Notes under the pieces: generated by a model
What the model was told of the DNA's origin: nothing
Database searches by the model: none
The model's input: the letters and a program-made list of their open reading frames with translations, nothing else
In this document: in pieces, positions 55,579 through 64,000 of the stretch
Layout of the letters: each line of letters starts with the position of its first letter
Numbering within the stretch: the first letter of the stretch is position 1
Program-made: the position numbers and the translations under genes
Source: an uncultured Gemmatimonadales bacterium
GTDB lineage: Bacteria; Gemmatimonadota; Gemmatimonadetes; Gemmatimonadales; GWC2-71-9
Length of the DNA stretch: 64,000 nucleotides
Reading direction: 5' to 3'
Assembly (NCBI GenBank): GCA_963779755.1
Contig: CAVZZO010000001.1
Coordinates: forward strand, 2,016,001-2,080,000

Positions 55579-58078
55579 ATGGTTATGAGAGCCCAGGCTT
55601 CCCTACCGCCCTCCCGGCACCACGTCGGGTCCGCTTCTTTCATTTCGGGGGCGGTTCCCTGGGGTGTAGGCCTGCTGGGCACCGTCGTATCGCTGCTGCT
55701 CTGGGAAGCGTTTCGCCAGCATTTCGCGGCCGATGTGCGCCGCCAGACGGAACTGGCGGCGCGGGGGGCGGCCGCCGATCTTGGCGGCCACCTGGACGAC
55801 CGGGTGCTGACCCTGATCCGAATGGCGCAGCGCATCGAGCACGGCCCGCCAAGCCTCGCTCCCTGGCGGGCCGATGCCCGGTTGCAGCTCTCCCAGTACG
55901 ACGACCTGCTTACCCTGGCGCTGCTCGATACGGCCGGGCGGATGCACGCCAGGCTCGACCGGCCCGGACTCGCTGTTCCCCCTCCATTGCGGCCCGTCCC
56001 CGGCTCCGCCTATGCCGAGGCGATGCGGGACACGGCCCGGGGCTCCCGACCCGTGGCGGTCCGGCCCGGGGAAAATGGGAACGGTGCCGATCTTCTGATC
56101 GTGGCGCCCCTGCGCCTGCCCTCGGCGGTACCGGGAAACCTGGTGGCCGTATGGCGGCTTGACCGGGTCCTGGCGCTGGTGGATTCGGCCCTTTCGGATG
56201 AGTTCGTGCTGCACATTCGGCAACAGGGACACCCGCTGTTTATCTCGGCCTCGGCCCCGGCTTCGGATGACGCCTGGGCCCGGGCCGAGCTGGACCGGTC
56301 CTACGGGATGTGGGAGATTCAGGCCGCGCCGGTTGCCAACAGCCTGACGGCCCGATCGTCCCGCCGGCTGACCTCCCTCATGTTGGCCGGAGGGTTGCTC
56401 AGTTCGGGGCTGGTGGCCATCACGCTCCAGTCGCGCCGCCGCACCCGGCTGGCCCGCGATCGCGCCAACGCGATGGCCGATCAGTTGCGGGAGGAAGTCT
56501 CCAGCCGGGCGGATGCGCAGCGATCGCTGGAAGCCGCGCGGGAGCGGCTACGGCATGTGCTGGATGCGCTGCCGGTGGGTGTCTGGCTGTTCTCGCCCGA
56601 AGGGACGCCGGTGGACCACAATCCCGCGGCGCTGCGGATCTGGGGCGGCCCCGGATTCGCCGGTCGGGGCGGGGAACTGCGGTTGCCATGCCTGGATCCG
56701 GTGACGGAGCGGGCCGTGGGCTCGGGCGACTGGGCATTGGCCCGGATGATTCAGCGGCAGGAGCAGGCCGGCCCTGAGACGCTGCTGATCCAGTTTCCCG
56801 ATGGCCGCCACCGGGTCATCGTCTCCGAGGTCGCGCCGCTGGAGGAGCGCGCGGCGAGTGGTGGCCCGGCCGGTTATGTGCTGGTGAGCGATGACATCTC
56901 CGAGCGTTTCGCCCTGGAGCGGCAGCTGCAGCAGGCCCGCCGCCTGGAGTCCCTCGGCCGGCTTGCGGGCGGCGTGGCGCATGACTTCAACAACATCCTC
57001 ACTGTGATCCTGGCCGGGGCAGACCTGCTGCTGGATGAGGTCGCGCTGCCGGCGCCCGCCCGGGAGGACGTGCGACAGATCCGGTCGGCGGCCCACCGCG
57101 CGGCGAACGCTCACGGCCCAGCTGCTGGCCTTCGGCCGGCGCACCGCCATGCGGCCGGCGGCCCTGGACCTGAACGAGGTCGTGCGCGGGCTGATGGAGA
57201 TGCTGGGCCGGATCATCGGCGAGCATATCCAGGTGGATGCCGTCCTGGACGAGACGGTCCCGCCCGTGCACATGGACCGGACCCAGTTGGAACAGGTGAT
57301 CCTCAACCTGGTCTTCAACGCGCGCGATGCCATGCCCGGCGGTGGGGTGCTGACCATCGAAACCAGCGCGATCCTGGTCGACGAGCACGACGTGCGCGCC
57401 CAGGCCGGCGCCGTGGCGGGCCGGTACGGCCTGCTCGCCATCAGCGACACCGGCGAGGGTATGAACGAAGCAATCCGCAAACGGGTCTTCGAGCCGTTCT
57501 TCACTACCAAGAGTCCCGGCAAGGGCACGGGGCTGGGGCTGGCCACGGTCCACGGGATCATCCATCAGAGCGGCGGCTGGGTCCGGGTGTACAGTGAGCC
57601 GGGCCTGGGGACCACCTTCCGGGTCTACCTGCCGCTGGCCGCGATGGAAGCGGGCCCGGTCGCCTCGGAGCCGGCGGTGCCGTTGCGCCTCTCCGGCACC
57701 GAGACACTGCTCCTGGTGGAGGACGATGCCGCCGTCCGCACCGCCACGGCCGCCGCCCTGCGCCAGGCGGGGTACCGCGTGCACGAGGCCGCCGGCCGGG
57801 ACGAGGCCACGCTGCTGCTGCGGCAGGGCCCGCAGCCCGCGCTGGTTATCACCGACATCATGCTGCCGGAAGGCACCGGCGCGGATCTCGCCGCCGCCGT
57901 CCCACTCCTGCGGCCGGGCCTTCCGGTGCTGTTCACCTCGGGTTACGCCGCCGAGAGCGTCCTGCGCCGTGATATCCTCGATCCCGGAGCGCTGTTCCTG
58001 CAGAAGCCGTACGCCATGGCGGATCTGCTCCGGATGGTGCGGACCGCGCTCGATCGCGGTGCGCGCACCGGTAGCTGA
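55579..58078 (+). pseudogene. Hybrid sensor histidine kinase (TM sensor-PAS-HisKA-HATPase-REC) split by a +1 frameshift near 57106
   Basis: H-box [12 protein letters not shown] is in the 55579 frame; [27 protein letters not shown] and the receiver are in the 57035 frame. Could be a sequencing error. Confidence 0.8.
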
Positions 58079-58202
58079 GCGCCGGGTGTGAGCGGCATCA
58101 CACCGGGCCCATCTCGTCCCGCCCAACCCTGATACATTCCAAGACCGGCAGAGCGCGGCAGCCGCGAGAGGGAGGAAACGCTCAGGCAGAGGAGGAGAGG
58201 GC

Positions 58203-60071
58203 ATGGCGAAGTCCACGGTCCGCGCCACCATCGGCGATTACGCGATCATCGGCGACTGCCTGAGCGCGGCGCTGATCTCGCGCGATGGCAGCGTGGACTG
58301 GCTCTGCTGGCCCCGGTTCGACAGCCCTTCCATTTTCGGCGCCCTGCTCGACCGCGGCTGCGGCGGCGAGTTCAGCATCCGGCCGGTCGCCGACGAGCTG
58401 CATATCTCCCGCGCCTATCTCGGTTTCAGCAACGTGCTGGAGACCACCTTCCGCTGCGAGACCGGTGTGGTGCGCGTGATCGACTTCATGCCGATCGCCG
58501 CCCAGCCACTGAAGAACCGGGAGCTCTGGCCCGACGGCCAGCTGGTGCGCATTGTCGAATGCGTCGAGGGCGAGGTTGAAATCGAGGTGGTCTGCCGCCC
58601 GCGGCCGGAGTACGGGCGGGTGGTGCCCCATCTGGTGAGTCGGGGGAAGCTGGGCTTCTACTATAGCCACGAGGGCCGCTCCCTCGTCCTCCGCAGCGAG
58701 GTGCCGCTCCGGCTCTCCGAGGCGATGAGCGATCTCGCGGGCCGGGTCACCCTGCGGGCCGGCGAGCGCCGCCGGCTGGCGCTGGGCTACATGCGGGGGG
58801 AGATCGCGGTGCTGCCCGCGCTGGGCGACGAGGCCGACCGGCGTCTGCGGCTCACGCTCGACTGGTGGGAACGCTGGGCCGCCCGCTGCACCTATGACGG
58901 GCTCTACCGGGATGCGGTCCTCCGCAGCGCCCTGGTGCTGAAGCTGCTCTGTTACGCGCCCTCGGGCGCCGTGGTGGCGGCGCCCACCACCTCGCTGCCG
59001 GAGAGGATCGGCGGGGTGCGCAACTGGGACTACCGCTACTGCTGGCTGCGCGACGCCTCCCTCACGGTCCAGGCGCTCTACGACCTGGGATACACCCAGG
59101 AAGCCGCGGCCTTCGTCTCCTGGCTGCTGCACACCACCAAGATCACCCGGCCCGAGCTGCAGGTGGTCTATGACATCTTCGGCGAATCCCATCTGCACGA
59201 GCGCACCCTGGACCATCTGCACGGCTTCGCCGGTTCCCGGCCGGTGCGCGTGGGCAATGCCGCGCACGGGCAGTTCCAGCTCGACGTGTACGGCGAAGTG
59301 ATCGACGCAGTGCATGAATTCGTGCTGCGCGGCGGCCAACTGGACCGCGCCAGCGCGGCCATGCTGGAAGACTGGGGCGAGGCCATCTGCCGCCGCTGGG
59401 ACGAGCCCGACAACGGTATCTGGGAGAAACGCTCCGAGCGCCAGCACCATACCTACTCGAAGGCCATGGCCTGGGTGGGGCTCGACCGGCTGCTGCATCT
59501 GCATGAGAAGTGCGGACTCAAGGTCGACCGGAAGAAGCTGTCGGATATCCGCGATGCCATTCGCCGCCGGGTCGACACCGACGGCTACGACGCGGGGCTC
59601 AACAGCTACGTCGCCGTCTTCGGCCGGCAGGAGGTGGACGCCAGCCTGCTGCTGCTGGACCGGATGGGTTACACCGACGGGGACTCGGCACGGATGCGCG
59701 GTACCTACGACCTCGTCGTCACCCGGCTCAGTGCCAATGGGCTGCTCTACCGCTACGCCACCCAGGACGGGCTGCCGCCGGGCGAGGGCGCCTTCGGGAT
59801 CTGCGGGTTCTGGGCGGTGGGGACGCTGGCCCGGATGGGTGAGCTGGAAGCCGCCCACCGCAGCTTTCAGCGGCAGATCGACTATGCCAACGATCTCGGC
59901 CTCTTTTCCGAGGAGATCGATCCAGCCACCGGCGAACTGCTGGGCAACTTTCCCCAGGCCTTTACCCATGTCGGCCTGATCGACGCGGCCCTGACCATCA
60001 AGGAGTTCAGCGGCGAGGAGGCGCGGCCGCAGAAGAACCGTCCCGCGCGGGAGGAGAAGCAGCTGCTATGA
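58203..60071 (+). CDS. Glycoside hydrolase family 15 (trehalase/glucoamylase-like)
   Basis: DWLCWPRFDSPS, TTSLPE..GG.RNWDYRYCWLRD, GIWE.R, LGNFPQAFTH. Confidence 0.93.
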   Translation: MAKSTVRATIGDYAIIGDCLSAALISRDGSVDWLCWPRFDSPSIFGALLDRGCGGEFSIRPVADELHISRAYLGFSNVLETTFRCETGVVRVIDFMPIAAQPLKNRELWPDGQLVRIVECVEGEVEIEVVCRPRPEYGRVVPHLVSRGKLGFYYSHEGRSLVLRSEVPLRLSEAMSDLAGRVTLRAGERRRLALGYMRGEIAVLPALGDEADRRLRLTLDWWERWAARCTYDGLYRDAVLRSALVLKLLCYAPSGAVVAAPTTSLPERIGGVRNWDYRYCWLRDASLTVQALYDLGYTQEAAAFVSWLLHTTKITRPELQVVYDIFGESHLHERTLDHLHGFAGSRPVRVGNAAHGQFQLDVYGEVIDAVHEFVLRGGQLDRASAAMLEDWGEAICRRWDEPDNGIWEKRSERQHHTYSKAMAWVGLDRLLHLHEKCGLKVDRKKLSDIRDAIRRRVDTDGYDAGLNSYVAVFGRQEVDASLLLLDRMGYTDGDSARMRGTYDLVVTRLSANGLLYRYATQDGLPPGEGAFGICGFWAVGTLARMGELEAAHRSFQRQIDYANDLGLFSEEIDPATGELLGNFPQAFTHVGLIDAALTIKEFSGEEARPQKNRPAREEKQLL

Positions 60072-60547
60072 ATCTGCCGAGTATCCTGCTCTGGGGGTTT
60101 CTCGCCACCATCGTGCTCACCTCGACCATGGCCGCCAGCCAGGGCCTGGGGCTCTCCCGGATGGGCCTGCCCTTCATGCTGGGGACCATGTTCACGCCCA
60201 ACCGGGGACGCGCCGGCGTGATCGGCTTCGTCGCCCACATGGTCAACGGCTGGATCTTCGCCCTGCTCTACGCGCTCATCTTCGAGAGCCTGGGGAAGGC
60301 CACCTGGCTGCTGGGGGCGGGGATCGGGTTCGCGCACGGCCTGGTGGTGCTGGTGGCCTTCATGCCCCTCATTCCCGGCATCCACCCCCGCATGGCGACC
60401 GAACGCGACGGGCCCGATCCCACGCGGGCCCTGGAGCCCCCCGGCTTCCTGGCGCTGAACTACGGCCGGCGCACCCCGATCATCGCCCTCCTGGCCCACA
60501 CCATGTACGGGCTCATCCTCGGGGCCTTCTATCATCTGAGCCACTGA
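60068..60547 (+). CDS. Small 4-TM membrane protein of unknown function
   Basis: Four hydrophobic segments with intramembrane His residues; ATGA-coupled to the GH15 gene. Confidence 0.75.
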   Translation: MNLPSILLWGFLATIVLTSTMAASQGLGLSRMGLPFMLGTMFTPNRGRAGVIGFVAHMVNGWIFALLYALIFESLGKATWLLGAGIGFAHGLVVLVAFMPLIPGIHPRMATERDGPDPTRALEPPGFLALNYGRRTPIIALLAHTMYGLILGAFYHLSH

Positions 60548-60551
60548 CGCC

Positions 60552-62066
60552 ATGCGTACCAGCCGGCTGGTCGTGCCCGAGTCCGGCATGCGCCGGGGCC
60601 AGCGCCCCGAGCCGTCGCTGCTGGTGATCTTCGGCGCGACCGGCGATCTCACCCACCGCGAGCTCGTGCCCTCGCTCTTCGAGCTGAGCTGCCAGGATCT
60701 GCTGCCGGAACACTTCGCCGTTCTGGGCGTGGCCCGGAGCGAATGGAGCGACCAGGAATTCCGCCGCCGCATGTACGACTCGGCGCGCGAGGTGGGACGC
60801 TGCGACGAGGCCACCTGGGCGGGGTTCCAGCATCGCCTGTTCTATCAGCCGGGCCACTTCGATGCATCGGAGGATTTCACCCGGCTGGCCGGGCGCATCG
60901 CCGCGCTGCAACGGGAGCAGGGACTGGGCGGCAATGTGCTGTTCCATCTGGCCACGCCGCCGGCCTTCTTTCCCGTCATCGCCGCGCATCTCGACCAGGC
61001 GGGGCTGGCCCACAGCGAGGCGGGCTGGCGCCGACTGGTGATCGAGAAGCCCTTCGGCTCGGACCGCGGGTCCGCCCGGGCGCTGGACCAGGGGCTGCGC
61101 GCGGTGTTCGACGAGTCGGCCATCTACCGGATCGACCACTTCCTGGGCAAGGAGACGGTGCAGAACATGCTCGTGTTCCGCTTCGCGAACCCGAGCTTCG
61201 AGCCGGTCTGGAACCGGAACTACATCGATCATGTGCAGATCACCGTCGCCGAAGAGATCGGCATCGGCACCAGAGCGCGGTTCTACGAGAAGGTGGGCGT
61301 GGTGCGGGACATGGTCCAGAACCACCTGCTCCAGCTGCTCTGCATGGTGGCCATCGAACCCCCGGTGCGCTACGCCGGGGGCGCCCTGCGCGACGAAACC
61401 GTCAAGGTGCTGGAAGCGGTGCAGCCGCTGGTCCCGGCGCGCGACGCCGTGCGCGGCCAGTACGGGGCGGGGCTGGTCGACGGCCAGATGCTGCCGGGCT
61501 ACCGGGAGGAAGCCCATGTCGCCCCCGATTCCACCACCCCCACGTTCGCCGCCCTGCGCCTCGGCATCGACAACTGGCGCTGGGCGGGGGTGCCGTTCTA
61601 CCTGCGCACCGGCAAACGGATGCGGCGCAAGCTTACCGAGGTCGCCATCCGCTTCAAGCCTACGCCGCACCTCATGTTCCCCTTCGAGGAGCGGCTGCTG
61701 CACAATGAGCTGGCCTTCCGCCTCCAGCCGCAGGAAGGCATCATCCAGACCTTCGGCGCCAAGCAGCCGGGCCCCGACCTGTGTATCCGGCCGGTCACCA
61801 TGAATTTCCTGTATGCCGATGCGTTCGGCGTGGCCGAGCCGCCCCGGGCCTACGCCTGGCTGCTGCTGGACGCCATGCAGGGCAATCAGACCCTCTTTGC
61901 CCGCAGCGACTGGATCCGGCGGGCCTGGGAGATCGTGGACCCGGTGGTGGCGCACTGGGAAGCGCACCCGTCCGGCGATTTTCCCAATTATGCCGCGGGC
62001 ACCTGGGGCCCCGCTGCCGCGGAGCGGCTCATCGGCGACGACGGCCGCGAATGGCGGGTGATCTGA
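60552..62066 (+). CDS. zwf: Glucose-6-phosphate dehydrogenase
   Basis: IFGATGDL, EKPFG, RIDHFLGKE, DMVQNH, RWAGVPFYLRTGK. Confidence 0.97.
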   Translation: MRTSRLVVPESGMRRGQRPEPSLLVIFGATGDLTHRELVPSLFELSCQDLLPEHFAVLGVARSEWSDQEFRRRMYDSAREVGRCDEATWAGFQHRLFYQPGHFDASEDFTRLAGRIAALQREQGLGGNVLFHLATPPAFFPVIAAHLDQAGLAHSEAGWRRLVIEKPFGSDRGSARALDQGLRAVFDESAIYRIDHFLGKETVQNMLVFRFANPSFEPVWNRNYIDHVQITVAEEIGIGTRARFYEKVGVVRDMVQNHLLQLLCMVAIEPPVRYAGGALRDETVKVLEAVQPLVPARDAVRGQYGAGLVDGQMLPGYREEAHVAPDSTTPTFAALRLGIDNWRWAGVPFYLRTGKRMRRKLTEVAIRFKPTPHLMFPFEERLLHNELAFRLQPQEGIIQTFGAKQPGPDLCIRPVTMNFLYADAFGVAEPPRAYAWLLLDAMQGNQTLFARSDWIRRAWEIVDPVVAHWEAHPSGDFPNYAAGTWGPAAAERLIGDDGREWRVI

Positions 62067-62773
62067 TGCCGGAACGCGACGACCTGGCCGCCGGGCGCCT
62101 GATCACTGAGCCCGATGCCTGGGCCGCGACCGCCGCACTGCGGCTGGCGGCACTCATCACGGCCGCGCAGCGGGAGCGGCCCCGCCTCGCGCTCGCGCTG
62201 GCGGGTGGTGGCACCCCCGCGCCGGTCTACCGCCGCCTGGCCGCGCTGGAGGGGCCGGACTGGCAACAGGTGGATATCTTCTTCGGAGACGAACGGGCCG
62301 TGCCGCCGGACCATCCCCAGAGCAATCTCCGGATGGCGCGCGAGACGCTGATCGGGCCCGCCGGCATCGCCCCGGAGCGGGTCCACCGCATGGAGGCCGA
62401 TGCGCCCGACCGCGAGGGCGCGGCGCGGCGCTACGCCGCCCTGCTGCCCGACCGTCTCGACCTGCTGCTCCTCGGCATCGGTGAGGATGGCCATACGTTG
62501 TCCCTCTTCCCCGGCGCACCCGCGCTGCAGGAACGCGAGCGGCTGGTGCTCCCGGTCAGCGGGCCCAAGCCGCCGCCGGAGCGGCTGACCCTGACGCCTC
62601 CAGTGGTCCGGCGGGCCCGCGCCGTGGTGGTGCTCGCGGTGGGGGCGAAGAAGGCCGACGCGGTCGCGCGGGCGCTCGAGGGGCCGCTCGATCCGGCGCA
62701 GTGCCCGGCGCAACTGGCCCGCGACGGGCTCTGGATCCTCGACCGCCCCGCAGCCGCTCACCTCAAGGAGTAG
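62066..62773 (+). CDS. pgl: 6-phosphogluconolactonase
   Basis: LAGGGTP, FGDERAVPPDHPQSN, LGIGEDGHT.SLFP, RLTLT. Confidence 0.95.
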   Translation: MPERDDLAAGRLITEPDAWAATAALRLAALITAAQRERPRLALALAGGGTPAPVYRRLAALEGPDWQQVDIFFGDERAVPPDHPQSNLRMARETLIGPAGIAPERVHRMEADAPDREGAARRYAALLPDRLDLLLLGIGEDGHTLSLFPGAPALQERERLVLPVSGPKPPPERLTLTPPVVRRARAVVVLAVGAKKADAVARALEGPLDPAQCPAQLARDGLWILDRPAAAHLKE

Positions 62774-62779
62774 CCCCGC

Positions 62780-63760
62780 ATGGATGTGCTGGTGGGTGAT
62801 ATCGGCGGGACCCACGCGCGGCTCGCCGTCATGAGTCTCGAGGAGGACCGGTGGAAAATCCGGCGCCAGCAGGACTACCGCAGCGCCGAGTTCCCCGGCC
62901 TGGCGGCCGTCGTGCGCGCCTTCCTCGCCACTCTGGACCAGGTGCCGGACCGCGCCTGTTTCGGCGTGGCCTGTCCGGTGGACACCGGCATCTGCCGGCT
63001 CACCAACCTGGACTGGGAAGTGGATACGGCGAAGCTGCCCGGCGAGTTGGGCATCGAGCGCACCCGGCTGATCAACGATTTCCATGCCGTCGGCCTGGCC
63101 GTGCCCCTCCTCCGCGCCGAGGACCTGGTCGTGCTGCAGCCGGGCCGGCCCGAGCCCCGGGGCGCGCTGGCCATCATCGGGGCCGGCACCGGGCTGGGCC
63201 AGAGTCTGCTGGTGTGGGACGGCAGCGCCTACCGGGTCCACGCCTCCGAAGGGGGGCACGCCGATTTCGCCCCCCGCTCCCGGCTCGAGGCCCAGTTGTT
63301 TCTCTACCTGCTGGAGCGCTACGGCCACGTGAGCTACGAGCGGGTGCTGTCCGGCCCGGGCCTGGTGAATCTCTATCGATTTCTGCTGGACAGCGGCATC
63401 GGCACCGAACAGCGCGCCGTTCGCTCGGAGATGGAAACCGGCGACCCCGCCGCCGTCATCAGCCGGCACGGACTGGAGGGCACTGACGCCGTCTGCGTCC
63501 GCGCTCTGGACCTCTTCGCCGGCATCTATGGCGCGCAGGCGGGAAACCTGGCGCTCACCGTGCGGGCGGAAGGCGGGGTCTTTCTGGCCGGCGGTATCGC
63601 GCCGGTCATTCTGGAGAAGCTGCGCGACGGCACCTTCCTGCAGGCCTTCACCGGCAAGGGCCGCATGGCCTCGCTGCTGGAGCAGGTCGCGGTGCGCGTC
63701 ATCGTGAATCCCAACACCGGGCTCATCGGCGCCGCCGCCGCGGCCCGGGCGCTGGAGTGA
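62780..63760 (+). CDS. glk: Glucokinase
   Basis: GDIGGTHAR, LTNL.W, INDF, GAGTGLG, SEGGH, ERVLSG.GL. Confidence 0.95.
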   Translation: MDVLVGDIGGTHARLAVMSLEEDRWKIRRQQDYRSAEFPGLAAVVRAFLATLDQVPDRACFGVACPVDTGICRLTNLDWEVDTAKLPGELGIERTRLINDFHAVGLAVPLLRAEDLVVLQPGRPEPRGALAIIGAGTGLGQSLLVWDGSAYRVHASEGGHADFAPRSRLEAQLFLYLLERYGHVSYERVLSGPGLVNLYRFLLDSGIGTEQRAVRSEMETGDPAAVISRHGLEGTDAVCVRALDLFAGIYGAQAGNLALTVRAEGGVFLAGGIAPVILEKLRDGTFLQAFTGKGRMASLLEQVAVRVIVNPNTGLIGAAAAARALE

Positions 63761-64000
63761 GCCGGGTGGCGCTCAAGCCCGTGCCCCCCGGCGCCAACCT
63801 CCGGCTGGACAACCGTCTGGCCGAGCCGCCGGACGATCTTCCTTCGAGCGGCGCGCTCAAGGAGTCGCTGGCCCAGCTCATGCACCGCATGCAGGACCTC
63901 CAGTACGAGCTGTACGCGGAGGGTCGGCGGGCCCTGCTGATCGTGCTCCAGGGCCGGGACACCGGGGGCAAGGACAGCACCATCCGCCATGTCTTCGGGC
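63757..64000 (+). CDS. ppk2: Polyphosphate kinase 2 family (class III-like); truncated by window end
   Basis: Not in the ORF track. GTG 63757 translates to ...LQYELYAEGRRALLIVLQGRDTGGKDSTIRHVFG, containing the PPK2 Walker A region. Confidence 0.9.
   Translation, partial: MSRVALKPVPPGANLRLDNRLAEPPDDLPSSGALKESLAQLMHRMQDLQYELYAEGRRALLIVLQGRDTGGKDSTIRHVFG

Noticed and set aside
55433..64000. tRNA-anchored integrative element
   Set aside because: No integrase, no duplicated tRNA 3' end seen within the window, no obvious GC shift; cannot exclude an att site beyond the window.

Overview
High-GC (about 70% by eye) bacterial chromosomal segment; gene content and order suggest Gemmatimonadota (inference). 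It is mostly housekeeping: hldE-type kinase (truncated), Wzi-like OMP, CDF transporter, asparaginase II, CMD, obgE, dprA, two tandem secreted paralogues, hemW-hrcA-dnaJ-prmA-rsmE-HIT, yqeY-mutS2-dnaG, recJ-rsmD-coaD, a STAS/anti-sigma/PP2C module, rsmA, rex with its operator, arcA, a DEDDh exonuclease, an MBL hydrolase, an ankyrin protein, infC-rpmI-rplT-pheS-pheT-zapA-rny-folD, xseAB-ispA-dxs-nadK-[GH2-galM]-recN, galK, tRNA-Leu(UAA), a frameshifted hybrid kinase and GH15-zwf-pgl-glk-ppk2 (truncated). I found no transposase, integrase, CRISPR or phage gene. The unexplained structure is non-coding or intragenic: (1) a highly base-paired leader upstream of an ankyrin gene with a distinctive N-terminal domain; (2) a ~30-aa ERR/DRR-rich insertion in the PheS catalytic domain; (3) polarised intergenic modules of 7/8/9-bp tandem repeats plus REP-like palindromes that often supply the upstream stop codon, including a dispersed 62-bp element; (4) several apparent CTG starts and many apparently leaderless TANNNT-N6-8-start promoters. 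All calls come from reading motifs by eye; no database searches were run.
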